IMG/VR virus record: IMGVR_UViG_3300042558_003617
Span: 1-64,000 of that record
Reading direction: 5' to 3' (one strand)
Source of the DNA: a virus
DNA: 64,000 nucleotides
Within the stretch, counting starts at the first letter, position 1; each line of letters opens with the position of its first letter. Position numbers and translations under genes: made by a program. A model generated the notes under the pieces. The model saw only the letters and a list, made by a program, of their open reading frames with translations. It ran no database searches and had not been told where the DNA came from. Positions 31,501 to 40,802 of the stretch are shown piece after piece.

Positions 31501-32456
31501 TTGTTCCAATAAGACGATTCGCTCAACCACTTGTAGTAATTTTGGAATCCTTGTTCAACATCTACCTTGGGATCAAAACCAAGAATGGTTCGTGCACGGT
31601 CAATGTTCAGTGCGCCACGGCTGGGAAAGTCTGCATCCTTGTCTCGAACTTCAATCTTGCCCCGCCCCACAATACCTGTGATCATTTCGGCAGCTTGCAG
31701 TAGACTCACACTGTGGCTCTTGGTAATGTTAAACGTCATATCACGACATGTGATACGTGTGGCTGCTGATACCACACCGTCGGCAGCATCGTCAACATAG
31801 GTAAAGTCCAGTGTTTCGCCTGCCCCGTTTACTTTGAGAGTTTCATCTCGCATGGCAGTGAGCATGAACTTTGCAACTACACGATCTTCCACATCCAGTG
31901 GTCCATACACAGCACTAGGTCTAAGAATAACATATTCCATACCAGTGCGGCGAGCATAGTCTTTGACCAACCATTCACCGGCCAGTTTCATAATGCCGTA
32001 TTGCCCTTGTGGGCTACACTCATCATCTTCTAACACTTGGTCATCAAAGTCTCCGTACACCATGCTTGAACTAATGTATACAAAACGTTCTACACCATGC
32101 TTTTTGGCACTCTCCAACAGGTTGATCAAGCCACGCATCATGACGTCAGCACCATGTGCAGGGTTGGCATTGACCACTTTCTGTCGAGGGAAACTAGCAC
32201 AGTGAATGATCACCCGGGGGTTTTCTTTTTCTACAATATGATCAATTTCGTAACTGTCTGTGATACACTGATTGTAGTATGTGTGATCGGTGAGCTTTTT
32301 GAGTCGTTCGCCAATCAAGTAATCAATCTCTGCTTGTGGGATGATTCCATAAGTGGTGTGTGTGTCCACAACACTGACTGTTTCGCCACGTGCCTGAAGA
32401 CGTTGTACCACGTTGTGTCCAATCAGACCATGTCCACCAGTTACTAAAATATTCAT
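31497..32456 (-). CDS. NAD-dependent nucleotide-sugar epimerase/dehydratase
   Basis: 'TGGHGLIG', 'SSSMVYG', 'YGIMK' YxxxK. Confidence 0.95.
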   Translation of the reverse strand: MNILVTGGHGLIGHNVVQRLQARGETVSVVDTHTTYGIIPQAEIDYLIGERLKKLTDHTYYNQCITDSYEIDHIVEKENPRVIIHCASFPRQKVVNANPAHGADVMMRGLINLLESAKKHGVERFVYISSSMVYGDFDDQVLEDDECSPQGQYGIMKLAGEWLVKDYARRTGMEYVILRPSAVYGPLDVEDRVVAKFMLTAMRDETLKVNGAGETLDFTYVDDAADGVVSAATRITCRDMTFNITKSHSVSLLQAAEMITGIVGRGKIEVRDKDADFPSRGALNIDRARTILGFDPKVDVEQGFQNYYKWLSESSYWNK

Positions 32457-32779
32457 ACCTTGAATCTCAATCTAAAATAAGTTTCGTTTTGTTCACTAAG
32501 CCGGGCCATTACAATGTATCTATAACCATGTATTTCATAACTAGATGATCTAACCCAATATGGTGTTTCTTCTGCATTTTCTATACACCATTTGCCAACT
32601 TCGCTTTCGGCCCACTTGTGCAACGGTCTGGCTGCAAACAAGTCAGGGTCATCTACATCACCTAGGATAAATTCATGCACTTGTACATCTCGAAACCGAA
32701 CTGCACGATCGGCAATTACCTTGACTTCTTCAGATTTAAAATGACGCCACTGAGCGTGTTCTTTGCGTGTTATTGCCAT
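32453..32779 (-). CDS. Hypothetical protein
   Basis: ORF in the minus-strand operon. Confidence 0.65.
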   Translation of the reverse strand: MAITRKEHAQWRHFKSEEVKVIADRAVRFRDVQVHEFILGDVDDPDLFAARPLHKWAESEVGKWCIENAEETPYWVRSSSYEIHGYRYIVMARLSEQNETYFRLRFKV

Positions 32780-32793
32780 AACACATTGTAGCA

Positions 32794-33486
32794 TTATTCT
32801 GCCACAAGGTCACTGGCCATTGGGAATATTTCAGTAATTACCTTGGCACATGCTATCGCAATGGCTTGATGTTCTTTCTGAGTTCCATTGGCACTACGCA
32901 GTTGGATAAAGTGAATCCAGCTACGTAATGTGCCATTCATGTACAAACGACTCACTGTAAGACCTTCGGGTAATACAGCACGGGCCTGTTCTTTGGCAAT
33001 GCCATTTTTGATTGCCCAGGCGTACTCTTGTTTGGCCGAGAATAGCACACGTTTTTGAGCACGTTCCCATTCAATAGCCAACAGCCGCTGAGACTCATCG
33101 GCAAGATCAAGTTCTACGCTGTTTTGTCGATTCTTGGTGTCTTGGAATCTAGCGTCTCGTAGTACAAACGCATCATCCAACTCTGCCGTTGGGTCAGCAT
33201 ATCGTTGGGAGAACTCTTGAAAGGAGAAGCTTCGATGTCGTAGAATTTGTCTTGCGATGTCGCGGGTGGTGACGATTTCGAGGCAGGCTGACACCATCTC
33301 CAAAGGACTCCAGTGTTGGTGTCGGATAAGGTATCGTATGAGTTTGTCGCTTGTTTCAGTGTTGAACTGATTGGCGGGATTGGACACACGGGCGCAATAC
33401 GCAATGAGTTCCTGCGCATCTTCGACGCCCAGGCTTGCAAATTCTGCTGTGGGTTGACTGTAACTGAGTAGTTTAACATTCATCAT
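32794..33486 (-). CDS. thyX: FAD-dependent thymidylate synthase
   Basis: ThyX signature 'RHRSFSFQEFSQRY', 'EQARAVLP', 'HWSPLE'. Confidence 0.97.
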   Translation of the reverse strand: MMNVKLLSYSQPTAEFASLGVEDAQELIAYCARVSNPANQFNTETSDKLIRYLIRHQHWSPLEMVSACLEIVTTRDIARQILRHRSFSFQEFSQRYADPTAELDDAFVLRDARFQDTKNRQNSVELDLADESQRLLAIEWERAQKRVLFSAKQEYAWAIKNGIAKEQARAVLPEGLTVSRLYMNGTLRSWIHFIQLRSANGTQKEHQAIAIACAKVITEIFPMASDLVAE

Positions 33487-33785
33487 ATTCCTCTAAGGAG
33501 CTTGTCAGTTTCGGGTTGTAATAATTCTGCCACTGCTTCGATGTCAAGCACAAATTCCATGTTGGTGATATCATCACAATTGGCCTGCACAAAGTTGTCC
33601 ACTGCCTCTTGAATGTCGTCAATTCCAAATCCTTGATCTTTAAGTTTTCGAAGATTAATGGTTTTTTGACGACCACCTGCAATTCGGAACACTACCTTTT
33701 TGATGCATTCAAACGGGATGTGCTCTTTCTCGACTTGGTCAATGATGTCTTCCCATCGTTTCAGCCAATCCTCAGTATGTTGCAT
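33483..33785 (-). CDS. Hypothetical protein
   Basis: 100 aa coupled ORF. Confidence 0.7.
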   Translation of the reverse strand: MQHTEDWLKRWEDIIDQVEKEHIPFECIKKVVFRIAGGRQKTINLRKLKDQGFGIDDIQEAVDNFVQANCDDITNMEFVLDIEAVAELLQPETDKLLRGI

Positions 33786-34473
33786 CCGGCACCGCCTTTT
33801 TATTAGGACGGCCGCGCTTGGGTTTTGCGGCTTGTTCTCCGGACGCTACACTGCCGCTCATGGTAGCTGCCTCTTTCATCAAACGATCTGACTCGGCTAG
33901 CAAGCTTCGTGCCTCTGCTGCCATACGTGTGGCTTGGTCCCGGAAGTTGTTGGCCAAGGCCGCATCGTCAAGTGCACGTGCCGCATCTGAACCTGCCACA
34001 GCGGCACTTCCTTGACGCAGTTGCTCCATTGGCGCACCAATCTCACGACCGTAATCATCTCTGCGTTTGTAGTTACTCATGCCGCGATTGTTGTCAATGT
34101 CGGCCATTTTCTTGATAGCATCTGCACCGGTCTTCATCTCGCGGATGATACGATTCATTTCTTCCAAGTTAACATGACTTGATGGATTTGGTGTAACTAC
34201 CACCTGCTTTGTTTGCACTTTCTTCAACATGCCTTCGGCGTGCAGAGTCTGAAGCATAGGGCGTCCATCTGGGAACAAACTACGGAACAGAGCATCTCCA
34301 AGATTCTCTGCTGTTTGTCCAATGTCTGACTCGATTGTGCGCATGATAGTATCATGCATGGAAACTGGCATGGTGTCAGGATAAATTACCAAGCACATGT
34401 GCTCTTCACCAGGCACTTCTCTGAATACAATAGCGACTCTACGGTCACCGTGTTTACCTACGTGTTTAATCAT
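33772..34473 (-). CDS. Hypothetical protein with a C-terminal AT-hook-like motif
   Basis: 233 aa; ends with 'KPKRGRPNKK'. Confidence 0.7.
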   Translation of the reverse strand: MIKHVGKHGDRRVAIVFREVPGEEHMCLVIYPDTMPVSMHDTIMRTIESDIGQTAENLGDALFRSLFPDGRPMLQTLHAEGMLKKVQTKQVVVTPNPSSHVNLEEMNRIIREMKTGADAIKKMADIDNNRGMSNYKRRDDYGREIGAPMEQLRQGSAAVAGSDAARALDDAALANNFRDQATRMAAEARSLLAESDRLMKEAATMSGSVASGEQAAKPKRGRPNKKAVPDATY

Positions 34474-34679
34474 TTTGGTTCTCCTTGTTGATTAGCGGAT
34501 GTTGCATTGGCTTGAGCGACCACTTCGCTCAGGAATGCATTTAGGCGTTCGTATATTTCGCCAACTGATTTCATTTCTGAAGCTCGGTACGCACCCCTAG
34601 AGCATGCAGTGTCGATTAAATCTCTAATAGATGCTAAGTCAGCTATGGTAAGATTTGTTTGTTGTGTAGTTTCGTCCAT
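34470..34679 (-). CDS. Small hypothetical protein
   Basis: 69 aa; TAAATA at 34685-34690 directly upstream. Confidence 0.7.
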   Translation of the reverse strand: MDETTQQTNLTIADLASIRDLIDTACSRGAYRASEMKSVGEIYERLNAFLSEVVAQANATSANQQGEPK

Positions 34680-34693
34680 GTCAATATTTAAGA

Positions 34694-34727
34694 TAAAAAG
34701 AACACCGGGGGTAAAAAATCCCCCGGT
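34694..34727 (-). terminator. Intrinsic terminator after the VWA gene
   Basis: ACCGGGGG/CCCCCGGT stem, then TTCTTTTT on the minus strand. Confidence 0.7.
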
Positions 34728-34748
34728 TATAGCACGGTTCTGGACAAA

Positions 34749-36035
34749 TTAGTCTTGATCGCCTTCGCCGTACAATGCAAAAGTACCAAACGGTGGATCA
34801 GGATTCTTGTCACCGTGAATGATCCAAACAGTGTCACAATAAATTGGGTCGCCCCAGCTACCGAATGGATACCCATCTGTAAACACCACCAGCTTCTTGG
34901 GCTCAATTTCAACATCTTTAAGATAGCGGAAAATAGCATCAAAATCAGTACCGCCACCACCCTGAATGTCGTACTCAGTAATGTCTTCAAGATTCTCGCT
35001 GTTGTACTGTTGTGGATTGTATGTTTCAGTATCAAAAGTAAACACATGGATTTTGTAGCTGTCAAAGCTTTCCATGATGCCCTTGATCTCACTCAAGAAG
35101 TCACGAGCTTGTTCAGTACTGATAGATCCAGATGTGTCAATAGCCACAGCAATATCAATGGCATCGGTAGTTTTCATACCGGGCATCACTGCATCCATGT
35201 CCCAACCTTTACGGCTAGATCGCATCCAACTGTAATCACTCTTGATAGTGCTCTCCAATTGCATGCGTAGCAGTTCTCGCCAGTTCATCTGAGGCTCTGT
35301 CAATTGACTAATCAATCGCTTGACTCCAGCTGGCAAGTTACCTGCATCGCAAGTCTGTGCCGCTGACAACATGGCTTCTTTAATCTCATCGCGAATCTTG
35401 GCACGTTCCTCATCGCTCAACTTTGGACGACCCTTGCCGTCCTTGCCACCATCGCCGCCACCATCGCCACTGCCTTCGTCTGTGCCGTCTAGATGCTCGT
35501 CAATCAGTTGATTGACCAGGTCATCAATATTGATTTTTTCTGCGTTCTCATACAGTTTGTCGTAAACTTCTTCAGAGCTCATGCCATCGTATTTGGAATT
35601 ATACAAGCAAGGCACACTGGTAATGAATTCTCCAACTTTGTGTTTCTTCAAATCTGAGTTAACACAGAAATCGTTTGCAACGTTCCACAATTGCGGGTCA
35701 CGATCTCCGCGACGCCCAAAGTGATCATAAACACAATGCAATACCTCATGCCCAAACAAGAACTCAATCTCTTTGGGTTTTAGCATTTTGACAAACCGAC
35801 TGTTGTAATAGAAATTACGACCATCTGTTGCGGCAGTACTGCACCACTCGTCGGCATTGACCAATTTCAACCGAGTTGCTAGGTTACCAAAGAAGCTGGC
35901 ACGAAGCAACATACCAACTCGTGCAGTAATCAAGGACTCTCGAACTTCGCGATCAATTTTTGGGTCTGTGGCACCAATAAGACTAGCAAACTTTTTTGCC
36001 AGTTCTTTTTTGTTTTCTGTAGTGGTTGCGCTCAT
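34749..36035 (-). CDS. DUF2201-type metallopeptidase/VWA-domain protein
   Basis: 'TAATDG', HEVLH (HExxH), MIDAS 'DTSGS', 'GGGGTDF', 'FTDG'. Confidence 0.9.
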   Translation of the reverse strand: MSATTTENKKELAKKFASLIGATDPKIDREVRESLITARVGMLLRASFFGNLATRLKLVNADEWCSTAATDGRNFYYNSRFVKMLKPKEIEFLFGHEVLHCVYDHFGRRGDRDPQLWNVANDFCVNSDLKKHKVGEFITSVPCLYNSKYDGMSSEEVYDKLYENAEKINIDDLVNQLIDEHLDGTDEGSGDGGGDGGKDGKGRPKLSDEERAKIRDEIKEAMLSAAQTCDAGNLPAGVKRLISQLTEPQMNWRELLRMQLESTIKSDYSWMRSSRKGWDMDAVMPGMKTTDAIDIAVAIDTSGSISTEQARDFLSEIKGIMESFDSYKIHVFTFDTETYNPQQYNSENLEDITEYDIQGGGGTDFDAIFRYLKDVEIEPKKLVVFTDGYPFGSWGDPIYCDTVWIIHGDKNPDPPFGTFALYGEGDQD

Positions 36036-36061
36036 GTCAGTTCCTTGGTGTCTATACAAGT

Positions 36062-36090
36062 ATTATAACAAATTGGAATTTATTGGTCAA
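36062..36090 (-). promoter_or_regulatory. Sigma70-type early promoter
   Basis: TTGACC-17-TATAAT. Confidence 0.85.
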
Positions 36091-36307
36091 CCTTTTTGTC
36101 AAGGTATTGAGCTTCGAATTTTGCTTGATCAAGTTTGGTATCGTAGATCAACTTGGCGGCAAAACACATAGCCGCCACACCGACGATTCCGCCCAGTACT
36201 GGCAAAGGGATCAGAAAGATTGTGACCGGTACCAGCACAGCAATGGCAGTGAGTCCTGCCAGAGTTTTGGCTGTTTCTTTGAGTGCTGTTTTTTGGATAG
36301 TGTCCAT
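36080..36307 (-). CDS. Small two-TM membrane protein
   Basis: 75 aa, two hydrophobic segments, SD AAGGA. Confidence 0.7.
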   Translation of the reverse strand: MDTIQKTALKETAKTLAGLTAIAVLVPVTIFLIPLPVLGGIVGVAAMCFAAKLIYDTKLDQAKFEAQYLDKKVDQ

Positions 36308-36338
36308 TTTGAGTTCCTTTGTTTCTTACTATACCCTA

Positions 36339-36367
36339 ATTGTAGCAAAAAGGGAATTATTGGTCAA
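36339..36367 (-). promoter_or_regulatory. Sigma70-type early promoter
   Basis: TTGACC-17-TACAAT. Confidence 0.8.
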
Positions 36368-36737
36368 CCGCATTTGCCAGTTGAAAAAACGCTAGTTCTG
36401 CGTCACTTTTGAAGTAAATTCGTAGCTCGTTGGCACTGGTAGAACCATTGGTCCAACTCCAATAAGGATTGCACTCTTCGGGGAGATTACTAGGTGTTTG
36501 TTTAACAAAGCCGCCAGGCAAACGCATCATTGGAGTATGATTTGAGCTCCAGCGATAGATGTCGTTCCATTGCCTGACCTCGGCACTCCAGCCCCAGGTA
36601 CGAAAACACCATTGTTGAGCTTGAGTAAAATGCAATGGTCCTTTGTTAAAGGACATGGAATTTGAAAATCCGGCATAATACTGAAACCATTTTTGATAAC
36701 TATGTCTGCCATCAAGCCGCTGTACAGTGTATTTCAT
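36357..36737 (-). CDS. Hypothetical protein
   Basis: 126 aa, Trp-rich. Confidence 0.65.
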   Translation of the reverse strand: MKYTVQRLDGRHSYQKWFQYYAGFSNSMSFNKGPLHFTQAQQWCFRTWGWSAEVRQWNDIYRWSSNHTPMMRLPGGFVKQTPSNLPEECNPYWSWTNGSTSANELRIYFKSDAELAFFQLANAVDQ

Positions 36738-36967
36738 CTTGCGTATTTAAGACTAAACATAATTGCATCATGTGGGTCTTTGAATGTGAAGTCCAGTATC
36801 CAGACATTTTCTTCAACTGAGTCAACTGGAGGAGAAACATAATACCACCGATTTTTATCTTTTCCAAAACTGGCGTAAATTTGTCGCAAGAGTTGTTGAA
36901 CTTCATGATGACTGTAAGGACTAAACTTTATCCGAACAGTGGAATAGTCCGGGGTTGAGTCAGACAT
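36734..36967 (-). CDS. Hypothetical protein
   Basis: Likely start MSDST; ATGA overlap with the next gene. Confidence 0.6.
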   Translation of the reverse strand: MSDSTPDYSTVRIKFSPYSHHEVQQLLRQIYASFGKDKNRWYYVSPPVDSVEENVWILDFTFKDPHDAIMFSLKYAR

Positions 36968-37004
36968 AGCCCTATGTCCCTTCACTTGACTCAACCCCGT
37001 GCTA

Positions 37005-38096
37005 TCAGCTGTTGGCTTGCAAGATGTACTTGCCGTAACGTTGATGAAACTCATCAAAGTACTTCAGCTTGGTGGGCTGGAAAGGCAAGTTATAAGTTGT
37101 AAGGGCAATCCTTGCACCCATAACAACCAGCTCTGTTTCAAAATTCTTCATCATGAACGCAAAGAAATTGTCAGACATTTCATGGAACTTTTTGTCGTCC
37201 ACACGCTTGCTGTCAATTGCATCCTTGAGCTCGTAACACAAGCTGATGACCAAACTGTACATTGCACTCACTTCTTTAACTGCGAGTTCAGTAGCCTTGC
37301 CACTCAGCACATCCTCGGGCTTGGGCAATTTACCAGCAATCTTGCGATGTGCCATGAACTTCACTGCAAGACCTTCGCCAACGGTGCCGGCAATCAAATC
37401 AGTTGCAGTGGTCTCGTCGATGTCGTCATCATCCAACAACTCGCTTACAAAGGTCCAGGTGCGCGGAGTAGCAAATGCACGTGAGCTGGACTTGGCATCA
37501 AAGTCATACAAGTCTTGCTTGGCAAAACTCAAGTAACCAACCACATCCTTGTGGATCTGATTCTGCACAGCCCACTCTTGCCAGCTTGGGAAGTCCACAC
37601 GCATTTCAGCATGCACAAATCGGTTTGCCAGCGGAGTAGGCATGCGATACGTGACACCTTTGTCGCTCTCGCGGTTGCCTGCGGCTACCATAACAACATT
37701 GTCGGGCAGTCGGTACTTGCCAATTCGGCGATTCAATACCAATTGATAAGCCGCAGCCTGTACAGCAGGTGCCGCAGAGTTCATTTCGTCCATGAACAAA
37801 ACCACAACTGGATATTGGCCAGCCAAGTCTTCGTCCGGCAAGTCAATTGGTGGAGCCCAGTCCATCTTACCAATTTCTTTGTTGTAAAACGGAATACCGC
37901 GAATGTCTGTTGGATCCATTTGTCCCAGACGCAAGTCAATCATGAAGCCACCAAGTTCTTCGGTGATACTAGCAACAACCTCAGACTTGCCAATACCAGG
38001 AGGGCCCCAGAGGAACAGTGGGCGTTTTTTAGAAAAGCACTTTTTAATGGCTTTTCGGGCACCAGCAGAGGTAACTGTGCGATTTTCGTGTGACAT
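37005..38096 (-). CDS. MoxR-like AAA+ ATPase
   Basis: Walker A GPPGIGKS, Walker B 'LFMDE', 'AAGN', 'LANRF', 'TPRTW'. Confidence 0.92.
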   Translation of the reverse strand: MSHENRTVTSAGARKAIKKCFSKKRPLFLWGPPGIGKSEVVASITEELGGFMIDLRLGQMDPTDIRGIPFYNKEIGKMDWAPPIDLPDEDLAGQYPVVVLFMDEMNSAAPAVQAAAYQLVLNRRIGKYRLPDNVVMVAAGNRESDKGVTYRMPTPLANRFVHAEMRVDFPSWQEWAVQNQIHKDVVGYLSFAKQDLYDFDAKSSSRAFATPRTWTFVSELLDDDDIDETTATDLIAGTVGEGLAVKFMAHRKIAGKLPKPEDVLSGKATELAVKEVSAMYSLVISLCYELKDAIDSKRVDDKKFHEMSDNFFAFMMKNFETELVVMGARIALTTYNLPFQPTKLKYFDEFHQRYGKYILQANS

Positions 38097-38135
38097 AGGG
38101 CGTTTCCTTCAGTTAAAAAATGTTTCAATACAAGT

Positions 38136-38164
38136 ATTATACAATCAAGCGATTTCTGTGTCAA
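38136..38164 (-). promoter_or_regulatory. Consensus sigma70 promoter
   Basis: TTGACA-17-TATAAT. Confidence 0.9.
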
Positions 38165-38279
38165 CTAGCACTTGTTGTGTAAAAACAACACCACCAAATG
38201 CCGCTTGATACGTTTCTGCTACAGATTTGAGATAAAAAGTGTAAACTTTACCAGACTTTGTGATCAGTGTGTACATCAT
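38145..38279 (-). CDS. Small 44-aa protein (not in ORF track)
   Basis: MMYTLITKSGKVYTFYLKSVAETYQAAFGGVVFTQQVLVDTEIA*; SD AAGGA and its own promoter. Confidence 0.65.
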   Translation of the reverse strand: MMYTLITKSGKVYTFYLKSVAETYQAAFGGVVFTQQVLVDTEIA

Positions 38280-38305
38280 CTCAATTCCTTATTGTCTATA
38301 CATGT

Positions 38306-38334
38306 ATTATAGCAAATCAGGAATTATTGGTCAA
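38306..38334 (-). promoter_or_regulatory. Sigma70-type early promoter
   Basis: TTGACC-17-TATAAT; near-repeat of the promoter at 36062. Confidence 0.85.
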
Positions 38335-38335
38335 C

Positions 38336-38605
38336 CTACAAATAGCGCAACTGGAACCAACTTTGTGCAGATTCATTGAAGAAATCTAGATGAATTTGAG
38401 CTTGATAGTACATTCTGTTTGGGTCTTTGGCTATGTTGGCAGACGCCAGCCCCTGGTGATTGCGCCAGGTGAATCCAAGTTCTCGACGCATGACCCAACT
38501 GATTCTAATTGTTGGGCCGTGATTGTCTACTAGTTTCTGAAGAATTGGTTCCCAATCTGCTGGATCATGGAACACAATAAGGTTACGTTTTACGGTGACT
38601 TTCAT
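38336..38605 (-). CDS. Hypothetical protein
   Basis: 89 aa ORF. Confidence 0.65.
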   Translation of the reverse strand: MKVTVKRNLIVFHDPADWEPILQKLVDNHGPTIRISWVMRRELGFTWRNHQGLASANIAKDPNRMYYQAQIHLDFFNESAQSWFQLRYL

Positions 38606-38828
38606 GTTTGCTCTGAATAAGGTTTACAATTTGTTGCACAGTTCTTGCGTTCTCGTATTCGTGTTCTTCAATTGCAATTTTAAATTTTGTTTCAATCTCC
38701 ATCACCAGCTCAATCAAGTCCAGTGAGTCGGCCCCCAAGTCAGCTACAATCTCGTGGTGTTCGTGAATTTTGCTTTCAGGAATTCCCAGTTGAATAGAAA
38801 TAATTTTTTTAAGTTCAGATATAATCAT
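38583..38828 (-). CDS. acpP: Acyl carrier protein
   Basis: 'DLGADSLDLIELVMEIE' phosphopantetheine attachment motif. Confidence 0.92.
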   Translation of the reverse strand: MIISELKKIISIQLGIPESKIHEHHEIVADLGADSLDLIELVMEIETKFKIAIEEHEYENARTVQQIVNLIQSKHESHRKT

Positions 38829-38833
38829 GATAG

Positions 38834-39562
38834 TTAGGTGATATGTCGTTGTTGTTCAGAATAGACTCGACTCATATTGGAGCCATTGATGCTGACCACT
38901 TCCCCTGGCATGGTTCCGCGTCGAATGTATAGGCATTCGTGCACAAAGGTGTCTTTGCCAAATGTTGCACTGGTCTTGAGAGCCTTGACATTGACCCCCA
39001 GGAAACAGTTTTCTTCAAAGTGAATGTCACCACCAATCGAGCAAAATCTTTGCAGTACTGAATTACGGTCAACTCTGGTGTGATGACCCACACAAGTAAA
39101 ACTGTAAATCATAGAGTAATCACCCAGTACCACACCTGGCTCAATCTGCGCAAGACCATCAACAAACACCCCACGACCAATAGTGGCGCTACGGCTAACA
39201 TGGGCCGTGGGGTCAATCAAGCTAATGACTGACAGTTGCTTACTATCCAGTAGATTGATCAGCCTCTGTCGCTTTTCTCTATTGCGAGTGGTAACAGCAT
39301 CCTTTTCGGGAGCCCAGTTTGTAGCACAAAAGAAATTGAAGTTGCGTTGGTAGTAATTCAGTTTGGTGTCTTGCTCAAACGCATCTTCTGTGTCGATAAC
39401 AGGCACTCCATACAATTCAGATTTGTTGCCAAAGTAATCGCTGTCAATACAACCATGGATTTGTATACCCAACACATTGCACATGTCGGTGTACTTTTCC
39501 ATGGTCATACTTGACCCCACCAATATCAACGGTCTGTCAGTTGTATTAATGTGTTGGGTCAT
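38834..39562 (-). CDS. Hexapeptide-repeat sugar acyltransferase (PglD/NeuD-like)
   Basis: 'LIDPTAHVSRSATIGRGVFV' left-handed beta-helix repeats, 'VGHH'. Confidence 0.8.
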   Translation of the reverse strand: MTQHINTTDRPLILVGSSMTMEKYTDMCNVLGIQIHGCIDSDYFGNKSELYGVPVIDTEDAFEQDTKLNYYQRNFNFFCATNWAPEKDAVTTRNREKRQRLINLLDSKQLSVISLIDPTAHVSRSATIGRGVFVDGLAQIEPGVVLGDYSMIYSFTCVGHHTRVDRNSVLQRFCSIGGDIHFEENCFLGVNVKALKTSATFGKDTFVHECLYIRRGTMPGEVVSINGSNMSRVYSEQQRHIT

Positions 39563-40604
39563 AAACAGTGTAAGAACTCTGTTGAGTTTTTTCAAAATAG
39601 TCTTTGCGATCTGCATCAACCAACTTGGCAAATTCGTCGTGTGTGTAAATTTCCCCGTTGTATCTCACCGTGGTTGCAGGTTGCACATGCGGGTATACCT
39701 TGTTTAGATAAGACACCACACGAGCCATGGTGCGTTTGTCTCCATCTTGCACATTGGTTGGTCGAGCATGCAGTGTAATTTCTTGATCCATGAACACAAT
39801 TTGTCCGTCAGCCCAATTTTGGGTGTATACATAGCGATCCTGATACACATGACGTTTCAATTCAGACATCACACGCTGACTTTCTTCTTGACTCATGCCA
39901 ACAAAACCGTCAAATGTATGACTGGGGATTTTCATACCCGACAGTCCTGTAACAGTTTCTCGGTACAGCCGAGTCTCCATGCCATCCAACGGAGTCATGT
40001 TGTAACGCAGAATCAAGCTCTGTGTTTTGTTCAGTCCAGGGGCCATGAGATTGTCAGTCCATTTGTGTCGAACCACAAGCTCTTTGACCATGCTACGCAT
40101 ATCACTGCTGAGAGACTCATATGCATCGTGTGTGCACAAAAATGTGGTTTGGCTGTTGGCCGTGTCGCTTACACTCTGCAGGCCAATAATGCGTTGTGCA
40201 TCATCGGATGAACATTGGTCACTGTGCCAGTCTAGTTCACCATTGGTAAACAATCCAGTAGGACGCCCGTGATCATCATTCTTGTAGCTGACCAGGGTCA
40301 CTGCCGCTGATAGGTCTTTTACATTCTTGGCAACAAATCCCAAGTTGAGCAACAGTTCGCGCCAATGCCGACCTTGCAGTTTACTTTCAAGCACGTAGTT
40401 ATGCATGATTGCTCGGCTAGGGTCTCCCCATTGCATCATTACATTGAACAATCTTTCTGTGGGAATTTTTTGATTGACAAATACAATGCATTGTCCGGCA
40501 ACAAGCCTACCAAGTTCAAATATTTCATCATCTGAATTTAGGTCAATGTCGTATACTTCTACTCCAACTGTGGAGTCGTAATTTTTAAGTGAGCGAGTTT
40601 TCAT
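39546..40604 (-). CDS. TauD/TfdA Fe(II)/2-oxoglutarate dioxygenase
   Basis: 'WHSD' HxD, 'W.DG.IVF.D...TLH.R', terminal R. Confidence 0.85.
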   Translation of the reverse strand: MKTRSLKNYDSTVGVEVYDIDLNSDDEIFELGRLVAGQCIVFVNQKIPTERLFNVMMQWGDPSRAIMHNYVLESKLQGRHWRELLLNLGFVAKNVKDLSAAVTLVSYKNDDHGRPTGLFTNGELDWHSDQCSSDDAQRIIGLQSVSDTANSQTTFLCTHDAYESLSSDMRSMVKELVVRHKWTDNLMAPGLNKTQSLILRYNMTPLDGMETRLYRETVTGLSGMKIPSHTFDGFVGMSQEESQRVMSELKRHVYQDRYVYTQNWADGQIVFMDQEITLHARPTNVQDGDKRTMARVVSYLNKVYPHVQPATTVRYNGEIYTHDEFAKLVDADRKDYFEKTQQSSYTVYDPTH

Positions 40605-40777
40605 CGTGTTTTCCTTTGTTGTGATTTAGGGCTAGTGAACGTTTTGTCCACACACGGTAGGCGTTCTGTATTAATAATACAGTAAAGACATCGATATGTC
40701 AAGCGTCTTGGAGATCCGACGTCGGTCTGATACCGGCGTTGCTGACTATATTTATTCTGTCAATTAATTTAATCAAG

Positions 40778-40800
40778 AAAAAGCCCACCGAAGTGGGCTT
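40778..40800 (-). terminator. Intrinsic terminator ending the tmRNA transcript
   Basis: AAGCCCAC-TTCG-GTGGGCTT followed by TTT. Confidence 0.85.
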
Positions 40801-40802
40801 CT

